A stretch of 37,804 nt of DNA from a virus, in the IMG/VR virus record IMGVR_UViG_3300010392_000295. One strand, 5' to 3'. The number at the start of each line of letters is the position of its first letter. Position 1 is the stretch's first letter. Under the pieces are notes generated by a model that searched no databases, was not told where the DNA came from, and saw nothing but the letters and a program-made list of their open reading frames with translations. Below, piece by piece: positions 25,516-33,164 of this stretch. The position numbers and the translations under genes are program-made.

Positions 25516-25543
25516 TTGACTTTGTTTTTATATATCTTATATT
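25516..25543 (+). promoter_or_regulatory. rightward early promoter
   Basis: TTGACT (25516..25521), 16 nt, TATATT (25538..25543). Confidence 0.6.
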
Positions 25544-25634
25544 CGTACTTGAACATTAACTAATAGAGCAAATTAGTTTTTGTTATGTCGATTAGCCGCA
25601 GCTTACATAGTGCGGCATTTTTTAAGGTGAAATT

Positions 25635-25940
25635 ATGATTTTAAAAGTTCAACAAGTTACAGAAGAACAAATAGAAAGCCTAGCAAATCAGGTTATCTGC
25701 GATGGCGCAATATTGATGGTTATTAAAAATCATCTTGGCGTACCGGCAAAAGTATGTGAATTCGTTCGCAATGACGCTATAGGCGAGACCATTCACGAGG
25801 ATTTTGCAACCGAAGTTTTGCGCGGCGTTATGGATTACAGAATAGACATTCGCGCATCATACGAAGCCAGTTTAATTGATCACACAATAGAGCGTATTAA
25901 CGACTGGTTAAATGACGGTTATCAATTGGAGGTTAAGTGA
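25635..25940 (+). CDS. hypothetical early protein (101 aa)
   Basis: RBS aaggtga lies upstream. It is the first gene of the rightward operon and is acidic. Confidence 0.6.
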   Translation: MILKVQQVTEEQIESLANQVICDGAILMVIKNHLGVPAKVCEFVRNDAIGETIHEDFATEVLRGVMDYRIDIRASYEASLIDHTIERINDWLNDGYQLEVK

Positions 25941-26038
25941 TGGAATTTTTAGTTTATTTGGTAATTGGTTTTGCATCATCACTTATTTTTCAGTGGTTCT
26001 TATTCTTTTTGTTTAAAAAAACAAAAGGCGATAACTAA
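25940..26038 (+). CDS. small membrane peptide (32 aa)
   Basis: TGATG overlap with the upstream gene. Product is MEFLVYLVIGFASSLIFQWFLFFLFKKTKGDN. Confidence 0.4.
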   Translation: MEFLVYLVIGFASSLIFQWFLFFLFKKTKGDN

Positions 26039-26193
26039 TGGACTTGCACGGCCTAGAAACAGGCACTTTCACAATGCTTTGCTGGTGGATTGGATTGCTA
26101 ACTATATACAACTCACTAGCAAGCTTTAATTTAACCGCTGGCGCTATCAGTGCGCTAGCTTATGTTTTTATAACTTGGAAATGGATGTATTGA
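26038..26193 (+). CDS. small membrane protein (51 aa)
   Basis: TAATG overlap with the upstream gene. Product is MDLHGLETGTFTMLCWWIGLLTIYNSLASFNLTAGAISALAYVFITWKWMY. Confidence 0.4.
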   Translation: MDLHGLETGTFTMLCWWIGLLTIYNSLASFNLTAGAISALAYVFITWKWMY

Positions 26194-26196
26194 ATT

Positions 26197-26562
26197 ATGA
26201 ATCTAACAGATGAACAAATTGCAGAGATAGCGCCTTCGTGGGCTACTCATTATTACTACCACCTTGATTACATAGCTTTTGTGAGTGATGAGGTTTTTTG
26301 CAAATATAGATTTAACAGATTTTCTGAGGCATCAAAAATGGTTTGCAGTATCTCTGACCTTGGGGGGATTGAGATAAAGAGAAAGCAATTTGACATTACC
26401 GAACATGAATTTAGTGATATTTACAATGACACAGAAAAAGTAGATCCATCAATTTTAGATGTTAAATTCTGGCTTGCTGATAGGGAAGATTTAACCCTAA
26501 ATAAAAAAGACGCAATAGCATTAGCAAAGCATTTTAAGCTAACTGAGGATGACTTGAAATGA
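26197..26562 (+). CDS. hypothetical protein (121 aa)
   Basis: ORF from the six-frame track, tightly packed in the operon. I recognised no family. Confidence 0.55.
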   Translation: MNLTDEQIAEIAPSWATHYYYHLDYIAFVSDEVFCKYRFNRFSEASKMVCSISDLGGIEIKRKQFDITEHEFSDIYNDTEKVDPSILDVKFWLADREDLTLNKKDAIALAKHFKLTEDDLK

Positions 26563-26762
26563 ATCTAACAATACCAAACGCTGAAAAGCTATCTTTATTC
26601 GAGCTACAGGCTTGTGTAAGCGCATTTAAAACATCAGTTAAGGCAAAGACACCAAGAGGCGGTAAAAAGCTTTATAAGCGCGGTAAGGACTTTCAGCATG
26701 AATGTGATGTATTAATTAAACGAACTACAGAACGTGGTAATTATATAGCGGAGGTTAAGTGA
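26559..26762 (+). CDS. hypothetical basic protein (67 aa)
   Basis: ATGA overlap with the upstream ORF. Confidence 0.5.
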   Translation: MNLTIPNAEKLSLFELQACVSAFKTSVKAKTPRGGKKLYKRGKDFQHECDVLIKRTTERGNYIAEVK

Positions 26763-27001
26763 TGTTTGAATTTTACGGAATGATTGTTTTATGTTCGTTG
26801 CTTTGGTTTTTAGTGGTTGGCCCAGGAATATTTGGAATAATATTTGATGTAAATAAATTCACAGACGCAATAAAGTTAAACGCTTTAATTTGTGTAATTG
26901 TATTGGCTGTTGCTATGTTTGTTTTTTTGCTTGTTATGTGTATAAATTTCTTATCTGGCGATCCGCAACCAATAACAACTTTTATCCAGAATCTTAAATA
27001 A
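26762..27001 (+). CDS. membrane protein (79 aa, two TM segments)
   Basis: The ATG at 26762 overlaps the previous TGA. Hydrophobic segments are IVLCSLLWFLVVGPGIFGIIF and ALICVIVLAVAMFVFLLVMCINFL. Confidence 0.55.
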   Translation: MFEFYGMIVLCSLLWFLVVGPGIFGIIFDVNKFTDAIKLNALICVIVLAVAMFVFLLVMCINFLSGDPQPITTFIQNLK

Positions 27002-27005
27002 ACAA

Positions 27006-27028
27006 AAGGCGCATAACAGCGCCTTTTT
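27006..27028 (+). terminator. rho-independent terminator
   Basis: aaggcgc, loop ataaca, gcgcctt, followed by a T-run. Confidence 0.85.
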
Positions 27029-27155
27029 ACTATCCGTTCACCTTGCTCATGTTTCACAACATTAGCTCAGTATTTGCTACTTAACGGTGTAGCCCGAGAT
27101 TTATCACCAAACCTTAGTAACTAACTTCATTTCTGAATTGCCGTTATTGGCAAAT

Positions 27156-27449
27156 TTAATTATATACCTTAATCACATCAGAGCAATCAACAAAATACAT
27201 CTTTTTCGATCTTGGGTTGTAAACTCTAATTTTGTGTGACTTCTTAACAACCCCAACAATAACACCGCTAATTACTATTTTCTTATTAAAATTAAAGTCT
27301 ATATTACAATCGGACTCCTTAATTCTTTTAGGTATTTTGTGGTAATCATCACCTTTAAAATCAATAAACCCAAACAAATTACCAAGGTAACTTAAAAGAT
27401 CGTCCGATGCTAATTTATACTTATCAAGTAAAAAGTTTATTCTTTCCAT
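27156..27449 (-). CDS. hypothetical protein (97 aa)
   Basis: ORF from the six-frame track. It overlaps the upstream minus-strand ORF by 13 nt. I recognised no family. Confidence 0.5.
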   Translation of the reverse strand: MERINFLLDKYKLASDDLLSYLGNLFGFIDFKGDDYHKIPKRIKESDCNIDFNFNKKIVISGVIVGVVKKSHKIRVYNPRSKKMYFVDCSDVIKVYN

Positions 27450-27784
27450 TGATAAATAACCTCAAACAAATCATCTTCATGTTTCTTGGCTAGAGCGTCA
27501 ACAACTTGGAATAGCTTTCCAATTTTATAACTTTCAGAGTTCTTATCATCAGTACTGTAAACAAAATCTTGATCCATTTCAGCCATACATTTTGCATTCC
27601 AACCTGAGACAATAAGAGCCAAAGCAAGCTCTGGTGTGTCATCAAATTTTTTGCTAATTGAGTTTATTTCTTCACTTATCTTTACGGCCAAATCAAAATC
27701 AAAACCATGATGTTTTAAGTCTTTTCGTGCGGCATCAACATCAAGACCGTATCGTGTATATGCTGTGGTTTTATCGTAATTCAT
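27437..27784 (-). CDS. hypothetical acidic protein (115 aa)
   Basis: ORF from the six-frame track with RBS-like agaggg upstream on the minus strand. Visibly rich in D and E. Confidence 0.55.
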   Translation of the reverse strand: MNYDKTTAYTRYGLDVDAARKDLKHHGFDFDLAVKISEEINSISKKFDDTPELALALIVSGWNAKCMAEMDQDFVYSTDDKNSESYKIGKLFQVVDALAKKHEDDLFEVIYQWKE

Positions 27785-27915
27785 TTGTAAATACCCTCTT
27801 TCAATTTGAAGTTATATTCTACCAACAATAGGAATAATCAACTATTTGTAAATTGTAACAAGATATTTCAAAGCTAATTTTATATATACCTCTTGCATAA
27901 AATAACAAATAAAGC

Positions 27916-27952
27916 TTGCGTGGACACGATAATAGACTTATACTGTGGACAC
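27916..27952 (+). promoter_or_regulatory. promoter bracketed by two GTGGACAC direct repeats
   Basis: TTGCGT (27916..27921), 17 nt, TATACT (27939..27944). gtggacac occurs at 27920..27927 and 27945..27952. Confidence 0.55.
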
Positions 27953-27974
27953 AACTTAACTAAAGGATATTGAA

Positions 27975-28172
27975 ATGGAAAAGTTAAACGTTAGATTCCC
28001 TGACACAACAAAGTTAAAAATCAATGACATTGGCGAAGCGTTGGATTTGTTTAACTCAGATGTTGCTCGAGCTGCTTTGATGATTGGCCTAGAAAAAATA
28101 CAGGCGCTTGGTTCGCGTGATAAGCAAGAGGCTATTAATTTAGTTATCAGCAAGAACCTAAAGTGCAAATAA
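27975..28172 (+). CDS. small DNA-binding regulator candidate (RHH-like, 65 aa)
   Basis: MEKLNVRFPDTTKLKINDIGEALDLFNSDVARAALMIGL fits a beta-strand plus two helices. It is the first gene after the promoter, with RBS aaagga upstream. Confidence 0.45.
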   Translation: MEKLNVRFPDTTKLKINDIGEALDLFNSDVARAALMIGLEKIQALGSRDKQEAINLVISKNLKCK

Positions 28173-28223
28173 AAAAGCCAGTGGGTCAAACTGGCAATTT
28201 AAACAAGTAACGAGGTAATTATA

Positions 28224-28937
28224 ATGTCAATGACTTTAATGGTCAAAGCTTTAAAGACAAAGGTTGGTAATCCATTGAGAAAATTAGTTCTTCTAAAGCT
28301 TGCCGACAACGCAAACGACCAAGGGGAGTGCTGGCCTAGCTATCAGTACATTGCAGACCAATGTGAAATGAGTAAGCGCTCAGTTATGATCCATATATCA
28401 AAGTTGATTGAAGATGGTTTTTTGCGAAAAGAACATAGGATTGGCGGGGAAAAGAAAAACAAATCCAACTTGTACACCCTAATGATTGGTGTAGGAGATT
28501 CTCTAGGGGTGGTGCAGGAGATTCACCACACTAGTGCAGGAGATTCACTAGGTGGTGGTGCAGGAGATTCACCCAGAACCTATCACTCTTTAGAACCTAT
28601 CAATAAACCCTTAGTCAAGGCTACGCCTGACAAGAAATTTAATTTTAATCAAGACCACTTTAATTTTGCGAATGGCATGTTTGATAAAATCAAATTAGTA
28701 GCTCCAGCAGTTAAAAGCGTAAATATTGAACGTTGGGCGAACGATATACGCTTACTTTGTGAAAATGACGGCGTGAACATTAATGATGCGTGGAAAGTGT
28801 TTAAATGGGCTAACTCCGATTCATTTTGGCAAACAAACATATTAAGCGCTGCAAAATTCAGAAAGCAATACGCACAGCTAAGCGCTAAAATGCCAAAGCA
28901 GCAACCGCAAAGAACAATAAAAGAATTTAAGGTGTAA
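28224..28937 (+). CDS. replication initiator with an N-terminal winged-helix/HTH domain
   Basis: LRKLVLLKLADNANDQGECWPSYQYIADQCEMSKRSVMIHISKLIEDGFLRKEHR is a typical phage/plasmid replication-protein HTH. The gene contains iterons and lies directly upstream of DnaB. Confidence 0.7.
   Translation: MSMTLMVKALKTKVGNPLRKLVLLKLADNANDQGECWPSYQYIADQCEMSKRSVMIHISKLIEDGFLRKEHRIGGEKKNKSNLYTLMIGVGDSLGVVQEIHHTSAGDSLGGGAGDSPRTYHSLEPINKPLVKATPDKKFNFNQDHFNFANGMFDKIKLVAPAVKSVNIERWANDIRLLCENDGVNINDAWKVFKWANSDSFWQTNILSAAKFRKQYAQLSAKMPKQQPQRTIKEFKV
28491..28602. repeat. putative replication origin: four iterons plus two 11-bp repeats inside the initiator gene
   Basis: g(t/c)aggagattc(t/a)c starts at 28491, 28514, 28536 and 28560, spaced 22 to 24 bp apart. 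agaacctatca occurs at 28575..28585 and 28592..28602. Confidence 0.7.
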
Positions 28938-28939
28938 TT

Positions 28940-30265
28940 ATGATTGAAGATATTCTAGAACAGGAAGCGCTATTGATTGGCTCGCTAATGCAAAACAGCG
29001 AAAGGATTGATATTTGCGATTTAACGCCAGAAGATTTTTCAAGCGTCGAGCATCGTCAATACATGGAGTGCATAAACGAGTGCGCAGCACAGCAGAACTT
29101 AAACCCATTTGCTGTTAAAGAGTCTTTTATTAACGAGACTGGCGTTCGAGATAACTTGCTGCTTGACTACGCAACAAGAGGGTTGCATGTTACCGAATAC
29201 CAGTTTAAGCAGTACGCAGAACGCATCAAAAGAGAGTCACTTAAAAACAAGGCGCTATCAATCACAAGTGAACTGATTGAAAATTTAAACACAGGTAAAA
29301 CTGATTTTATTGGCGCGGCAATTAGCAAGCTAATGAATATTGATAAATCTGGTGCGAAGTACGACCACAGTTTTGCAGACGTGGCAGACGTGGCGCTTGC
29401 ATCCCTTGAAAGAATTTATAGCGGCAAAAGCGACAGCATCAAAACAGGATTCAAGGACATTGATAATTGTATTGGTGGCTGGCATAACTCAGATTTAATT
29501 ATCATTCCAGCTCGACCAGCTATGGGTAAAACTGCTTTTATGGTTAACTCATTTCTAAAGTGTGATGCAAAGGTTGGTGTTATTTCTGGCGAGCAAGGGC
29601 ACGAGCAAATTGGTGTAAGATCAATTTGTATTGATGGCGGAATAAGTCACCAGAACTTTAGACGCGCACAACTTAGCGATGACGAGCATAAAAGATTAGA
29701 AGTTGCATCAAAAGAGTTTTCACTTGCTAATGGTCGCATTTATGACAAGCCAGCGCCTACAATTCTTGATGTTGAAAAAATCGCTAGGCAATGGGTGCAC
29801 AAGCGCGGAGTTCAGATTTTATTTATTGATTACGCACAGCGTTTAGACCACGAAAATAAAAAGCTATCTCGACTAGATAAGATGAGCGACATTGCAATGC
29901 GCCTTAAAGAGCTTGCAAGGACTTTAAACATTCCAGTTATAGCTTTGGCGCAGGTAAACCGAAACTGCGAACAAAGACCAGATAAGCGCCCAATGATGAG
30001 CGATATTGCAGACGCTTCCGCATTTGAGAAAGAGGCGGACATAATTTTTACACTGTACCGCGATGAAGTTTACAACGAAGACACAACAGATAAAGGAATC
30101 ATCGAAGCAAACTTTGAAAAGAACCGCCACGGCTCAACTGGTAGAGTTAAGTTAAGTTGGAAAGGTCAAACCATGCAAGTCGGAGACTTTACAGGTTACG
30201 AGCAAAGCTACGAATCAAAAGATGATTACGTTGCATATCAATCTGACGGATTTTTACCACAATGA
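28940..30265 (+). CDS. dnaB: DnaB-type replicative helicase
   Basis: Walker A PARPAMGKTAF, LFIDYAQ, SRLDKMSDIAMRLKELARTLNIPVIALAQVNR and RPMMSDI are typical DnaB motifs. Confidence 0.9.
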   Translation: MIEDILEQEALLIGSLMQNSERIDICDLTPEDFSSVEHRQYMECINECAAQQNLNPFAVKESFINETGVRDNLLLDYATRGLHVTEYQFKQYAERIKRESLKNKALSITSELIENLNTGKTDFIGAAISKLMNIDKSGAKYDHSFADVADVALASLERIYSGKSDSIKTGFKDIDNCIGGWHNSDLIIIPARPAMGKTAFMVNSFLKCDAKVGVISGEQGHEQIGVRSICIDGGISHQNFRRAQLSDDEHKRLEVASKEFSLANGRIYDKPAPTILDVEKIARQWVHKRGVQILFIDYAQRLDHENKKLSRLDKMSDIAMRLKELARTLNIPVIALAQVNRNCEQRPDKRPMMSDIADASAFEKEADIIFTLYRDEVYNEDTTDKGIIEANFEKNRHGSTGRVKLSWKGQTMQVGDFTGYEQSYESKDDYVAYQSDGFLPQ

Positions 30266-30585
30266 ATGATAAGGCACAACAAGAGTTTGAAAAACACTGT
30301 AGCGAATGGCTAAACATGGATGCTCACTTACAGTCAGCACAAAGCGCTTACTGGAAAGCTTTTAATTCGGAGGAGACAGAGCATAAAAAGAAAAACGCAG
30401 GGCAAAGAGCTTTAAACCTATACTTGCTAAACGAGCTTAAAAAAATAAATGCTCACGTTTGGAGGCAAGATAAAAAGCAAGAGCAAAAGCCTGTTAGCAT
30501 GGTGAACATAAAAAATGCTGACACCAGTGTTGTAACTTATAAAGGGCGAGGTTTGCGCCCTCCGCATATTAAAATAGAGTTGTGA
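30262..30585 (+). CDS. hypothetical protein (107 aa)
   Basis: ATGA-coupled to the helicase gene. I recognised no family. Confidence 0.55.
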   Translation: MNDKAQQEFEKHCSEWLNMDAHLQSAQSAYWKAFNSEETEHKKKNAGQRALNLYLLNELKKINAHVWRQDKKQEQKPVSMVNIKNADTSVVTYKGRGLRPPHIKIEL

Positions 30586-30591
30586 GGAATT

Positions 30592-31245
30592 ATGTCAAAA
30601 GTTTTAATTAATGAAATTTACAGATCAAACTCAAGCGGCGAGTTCATTGTTTTATGCAAACTTCCAGGCTATAGGTCTATAGTTCAATTTTTAAAAACAG
30701 GTTTTACAAAAAACGTTAGAACAAACAAAGTTTTAACTGGTGAAATATCTGACCCATTAAGAAGATCCGTTTATGGCATTGGTTTTTTCGGGATTGGCAA
30801 ACACGTATCAAGTAGGAACGGTGTTGAACTAAATAAATACACAGCATGGAGCAATATGCTTGAAAGGTGCTATTCAGAATCATTCCATAAAAACAGACCC
30901 AAATACAGCGATTGCTTTGTTTGTGATGAATGGCTTAATTATCAAAATTTCGCTGACTGGTATGAAGAAAATTATATTGAAGGTATGCACGTTGAAAAAG
31001 ATATACTTATAGATGGTAATAGGTGTTACAGTCCAGGTACATGTTCATTTAAAAGCTGTCAAGAAAATAACGAAAAGGCATTTTCTAAAAATTACAAAGT
31101 TATATCACCACACGGCGAAGTTTTTAAAGTTTACAACATGAATAAATTTTGCAGAGAAAACGGGTTAACAAGCAGTGCAATGTACAACGTTGCAAATGGA
31201 AAGCAAAGAAATCACAAAGGGTGGTCACTAGACCAAAACATTTAA
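30592..31245 (+). CDS. homing-endonuclease-like protein (intact paralog of 10969..11642)
   Basis: YTAWSNMLERCY...CFVCDEWLNYQNFADWY and C-terminal GLTSSAMYNVANGKQRNHKGW (an HTH of the kind seen in free-standing phage endonucleases). It is colinear with the split copy. The exact nuclease family is not identified. Confidence 0.55.
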   Translation: MSKVLINEIYRSNSSGEFIVLCKLPGYRSIVQFLKTGFTKNVRTNKVLTGEISDPLRRSVYGIGFFGIGKHVSSRNGVELNKYTAWSNMLERCYSESFHKNRPKYSDCFVCDEWLNYQNFADWYEENYIEGMHVEKDILIDGNRCYSPGTCSFKSCQENNEKAFSKNYKVISPHGEVFKVYNMNKFCRENGLTSSAMYNVANGKQRNHKGWSLDQNI

Positions 31246-31268
31246 CAATAGATTTATAGGTGAATAAG

Positions 31269-31901
31269 ATGAAACAAGCAAAGCAAAAGAAGTGCAAGCA
31301 ATGTAAATCACCATTCACACCATTCAACTCAATGCAAAAAGTTTGTGGCGCTCAGTGCGCCCAGGCTTTTGCTGTAGCAGAGCGTGAAAAGAAAGAAGCC
31401 AAAGCAAAAAGCGATGAAGTTAAGCGAGTGCGCCAGAAGTTAAAGCAGCTAGACAAGAAATCATTGCCATGGCAGCACAAGCAGACACAAAAAGCATTCA
31501 ACAAGATGCGAAAGCTGCAAGAGCTACTTTGGTTTAAAGAAAGAGGATTGGAGCCTGAATGTATATCATGCGGCAAAACAAAAATGGATTGGTGTTGCGG
31601 TCACTTTAAGACTGTAGGGGCTCATAGCGAGCTAAGATACGATAAAGTTAACACTTACCTACAATGTAACAGGTATTGCAACAAGGGGCTTTCTGGAAAT
31701 ATTAACGGAAACAAAACAACAAGAGGATATATCCAAGGTTTAAAGGATAGATTTGGTGAAGAAAAAGCTAGCGAGATAATTAATTATTGCGAATCAGCTA
31801 AATCAAAAAAATGGACTTGGCAGGAGGTTGAGTCGATCAGAAAGAATTGCAATGAAGAAATAAGAAAAATTGAAAAGCGCTTGACTCTAACATGTAGATG
31901 A
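31269..31901 (+). CDS. ninG: NinG/Rap-family recombination endonuclease
   Basis: KKCKQCKSPFTPFNSMQKVCGAQC..., a K/E-rich linker, then CISCGKT...CGHF...LQCNRYCNKGLSGN mirrors the lambda NinG architecture. I prefer the ATG at 31269, after aggtga. Confidence 0.85.
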   Translation: MKQAKQKKCKQCKSPFTPFNSMQKVCGAQCAQAFAVAEREKKEAKAKSDEVKRVRQKLKQLDKKSLPWQHKQTQKAFNKMRKLQELLWFKERGLEPECISCGKTKMDWCCGHFKTVGAHSELRYDKVNTYLQCNRYCNKGLSGNINGNKTTRGYIQGLKDRFGEEKASEIINYCESAKSKKWTWQEVESIRKNCNEEIRKIEKRLTLTCR

Positions 31902-31928
31902 ACTATGCTTTGCATATTGGAGGTATAA

Positions 31929-32099
31929 ATGAAAGCAAAGAAAGAAATAAACTTTTTAGATGTTGAGTTAGTAAAAGCAATCCAGCTTTACGCTGACGAA
32001 AACACAGAAGGTAATTTTAATTTAGCGGTTCGCCAGTTGTGTAAAAATGGCGTTGGTTTTAACAAGAAATGCCGGTCACGTTGTCCTGTTGGTAAATAA
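31929..32099 (+). CDS. small hypothetical protein (56 aa)
   Basis: RBS ggaggt, then ATG at 31929. Product begins MKAKKEINFLDVELVKAIQLYADENTEGNFNLAVRQLCKNG... Confidence 0.5.
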   Translation: MKAKKEINFLDVELVKAIQLYADENTEGNFNLAVRQLCKNGVGFNKKCRSRCPVGK

Positions 32100-32111
32100 A
32101 TAGGTGAATGT

Positions 32112-32252
32112 ATGAGTGATGAAATAAAAATTAAAGCAGTAAAGGGTGTTTTTTGCTTAATTCTACTAGCTGTTGCTGCTACTTTGATTGACAACTGGTT
32201 TATTTTTGGCGGTGTGTTTTTGATGCTTTGGTCAAATAACATTGGCCGTTAA
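32112..32252 (+). CDS. small membrane peptide (46 aa)
   Basis: RBS aggtga, then ATG at 32112. Hydrophobic core is GVFCLILLAVAATLIDNWFIFGGVFLMLW. Confidence 0.45.
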   Translation: MSDEIKIKAVKGVFCLILLAVAATLIDNWFIFGGVFLMLWSNNIGR

Positions 32253-32293
32253 AGACTTCAAACTAACACAAGCTATGCTACCTGAGTTAAACA

Positions 32294-32731
32294 ATGGCTA
32301 AATACAACTTAACAAAAAATGCTGGCGGAGTTTTTACGCCAGCAAGCGACCTAGAAGCTAAGCGCCTAGAGCGGTTAAAAACTGGTTGCGTGTTTGAGGT
32401 TGAGATAGTCCAGCGTAGGAATCCAAGGTTTCACGGTAAAGTGTTTGCTTTTTTTAACTACGTTTTTGAATGTTGGCATCAAGGTCATGAGTTCCAAGAT
32501 GAAGATAAGCAATTTAACGAGTTTAGAAAGCAATTAACGATACTGGCAGGTTTTTACGATGAGCTTTACGATATTGGTGGGAATCTAAAGTTAGAAGCGA
32601 AATCACTTGCTTTTGATAATATGGAGCAAGAAGAATTTGAGCAATGCTATAACGCATTAATACGAGCTGCAATTGTTAATGTTCCAGCGGTTGCAGATGA
32701 CGAAAACAGATTATTATCATTTTTTAATTAG
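32294..32731 (+). CDS. hypothetical protein, possibly DUF1367-like
   Basis: 145 aa. RRNPRFHGKVFAFFNYVFECW resembles a motif of a lambdoid-phage conserved family. The assignment is tentative. Confidence 0.35.
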   Translation: MAKYNLTKNAGGVFTPASDLEAKRLERLKTGCVFEVEIVQRRNPRFHGKVFAFFNYVFECWHQGHEFQDEDKQFNEFRKQLTILAGFYDELYDIGGNLKLEAKSLAFDNMEQEEFEQCYNALIRAAIVNVPAVADDENRLLSFFN

Positions 32732-32739
32732 GAAATAAA

Positions 32740-33096
32740 ATGGCACAAAAATTATATGATTTAGTGGTAAAGGTTGGTGAGTACCAAAACGCGCAAGGTG
32801 AGACAAAGGCGCGTTATGAGAATATTGGCTCAGTAATGCAAGGTGATAACGGTCAATTTGCAATCATGAAGCGCACATTTAATCCAGCTGGAGTACCGAA
32901 TCCAGACGGTAAAGATTCAATTATTGTTAGTATGTTTGAGCCGCAAAACAATCAACAGCAAAACCAAAACATGCAGCAGCAACATGGCGGCTTTAATAAC
33001 CAGCAGCAAAACCAAGGCTTCAATAACCAACAAAATCAAGGCTTTCAACAGCAGGGTGGATTTGCCCCACAGCAATCAGGCGGGTTCAATCAGTAA
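32740..33096 (+). CDS. ssb: SSB-like protein with a Q/N/G-rich linker; its canonical acidic tail lies out of frame downstream (to 33133)
   Basis: A compact N-terminal domain is followed by NNQQQNQNMQQQHGGFNNQQQNQGF.... The stop is at 33094..33096. The +1 frame continues ...NPPIDFDDDIPF, stopping at 33131..33133. Confidence 0.6.
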   Translation: MAQKLYDLVVKVGEYQNAQGETKARYENIGSVMQGDNGQFAIMKRTFNPAGVPNPDGKDSIIVSMFEPQNNQQQNQNMQQQHGGFNNQQQNQGFNNQQNQGFQQQGGFAPQQSGGFNQ

Positions 33097-33138
33097 TCCG
33101 CCGATAGATTTTGATGACGATATACCTTTTTAATTAAC

Positions 33139-33152
33139 GCGCCTTCGGGCGC
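33139..33152 (+). other. GC stem with UUCG tetraloop (RNA stability, processing or weak terminator element)
   Basis: gcgcc, ttcg, ggcgc. There is no T-run, and it lies immediately upstream of the next RBS. Confidence 0.4.
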
Positions 33153-33164
33153 AACAGGTGAATT

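Noticed and set aside
27040-27110. tRNA-like string cattagctcagt in the convergent intergenic region
   Set aside because: It only resembles a D-loop. I could find no matching D-stem complement, no anticodon stem, no GTTCnAnnC T-loop and no acceptor pairing.
26773-28189. Antisense ORFs 26773..27057 and 27956..28189
   Set aside because: The first runs through a strong terminator and a plus-strand membrane gene. The second is opposite the RBS-preceded 65-aa gene and spans its promoter. Neither has initiation signals.
31988-32242. 84-aa minus-strand ORF
   Set aside because: It is antisense to two small plus-strand ORFs that each have a good SD (ggaggt, aggtga) and fit the unidirectional operon. 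The minus-strand ORF has no RBS.
32924-33133. 69-aa ORF as an independent gene
   Set aside because: Most of it is the Q/N-rich linker DNA read out of frame, with no RBS. Only its last roughly 12 codons (the SSB tail) are meaningful. They are treated as a frame-change issue of the SSB-like gene.
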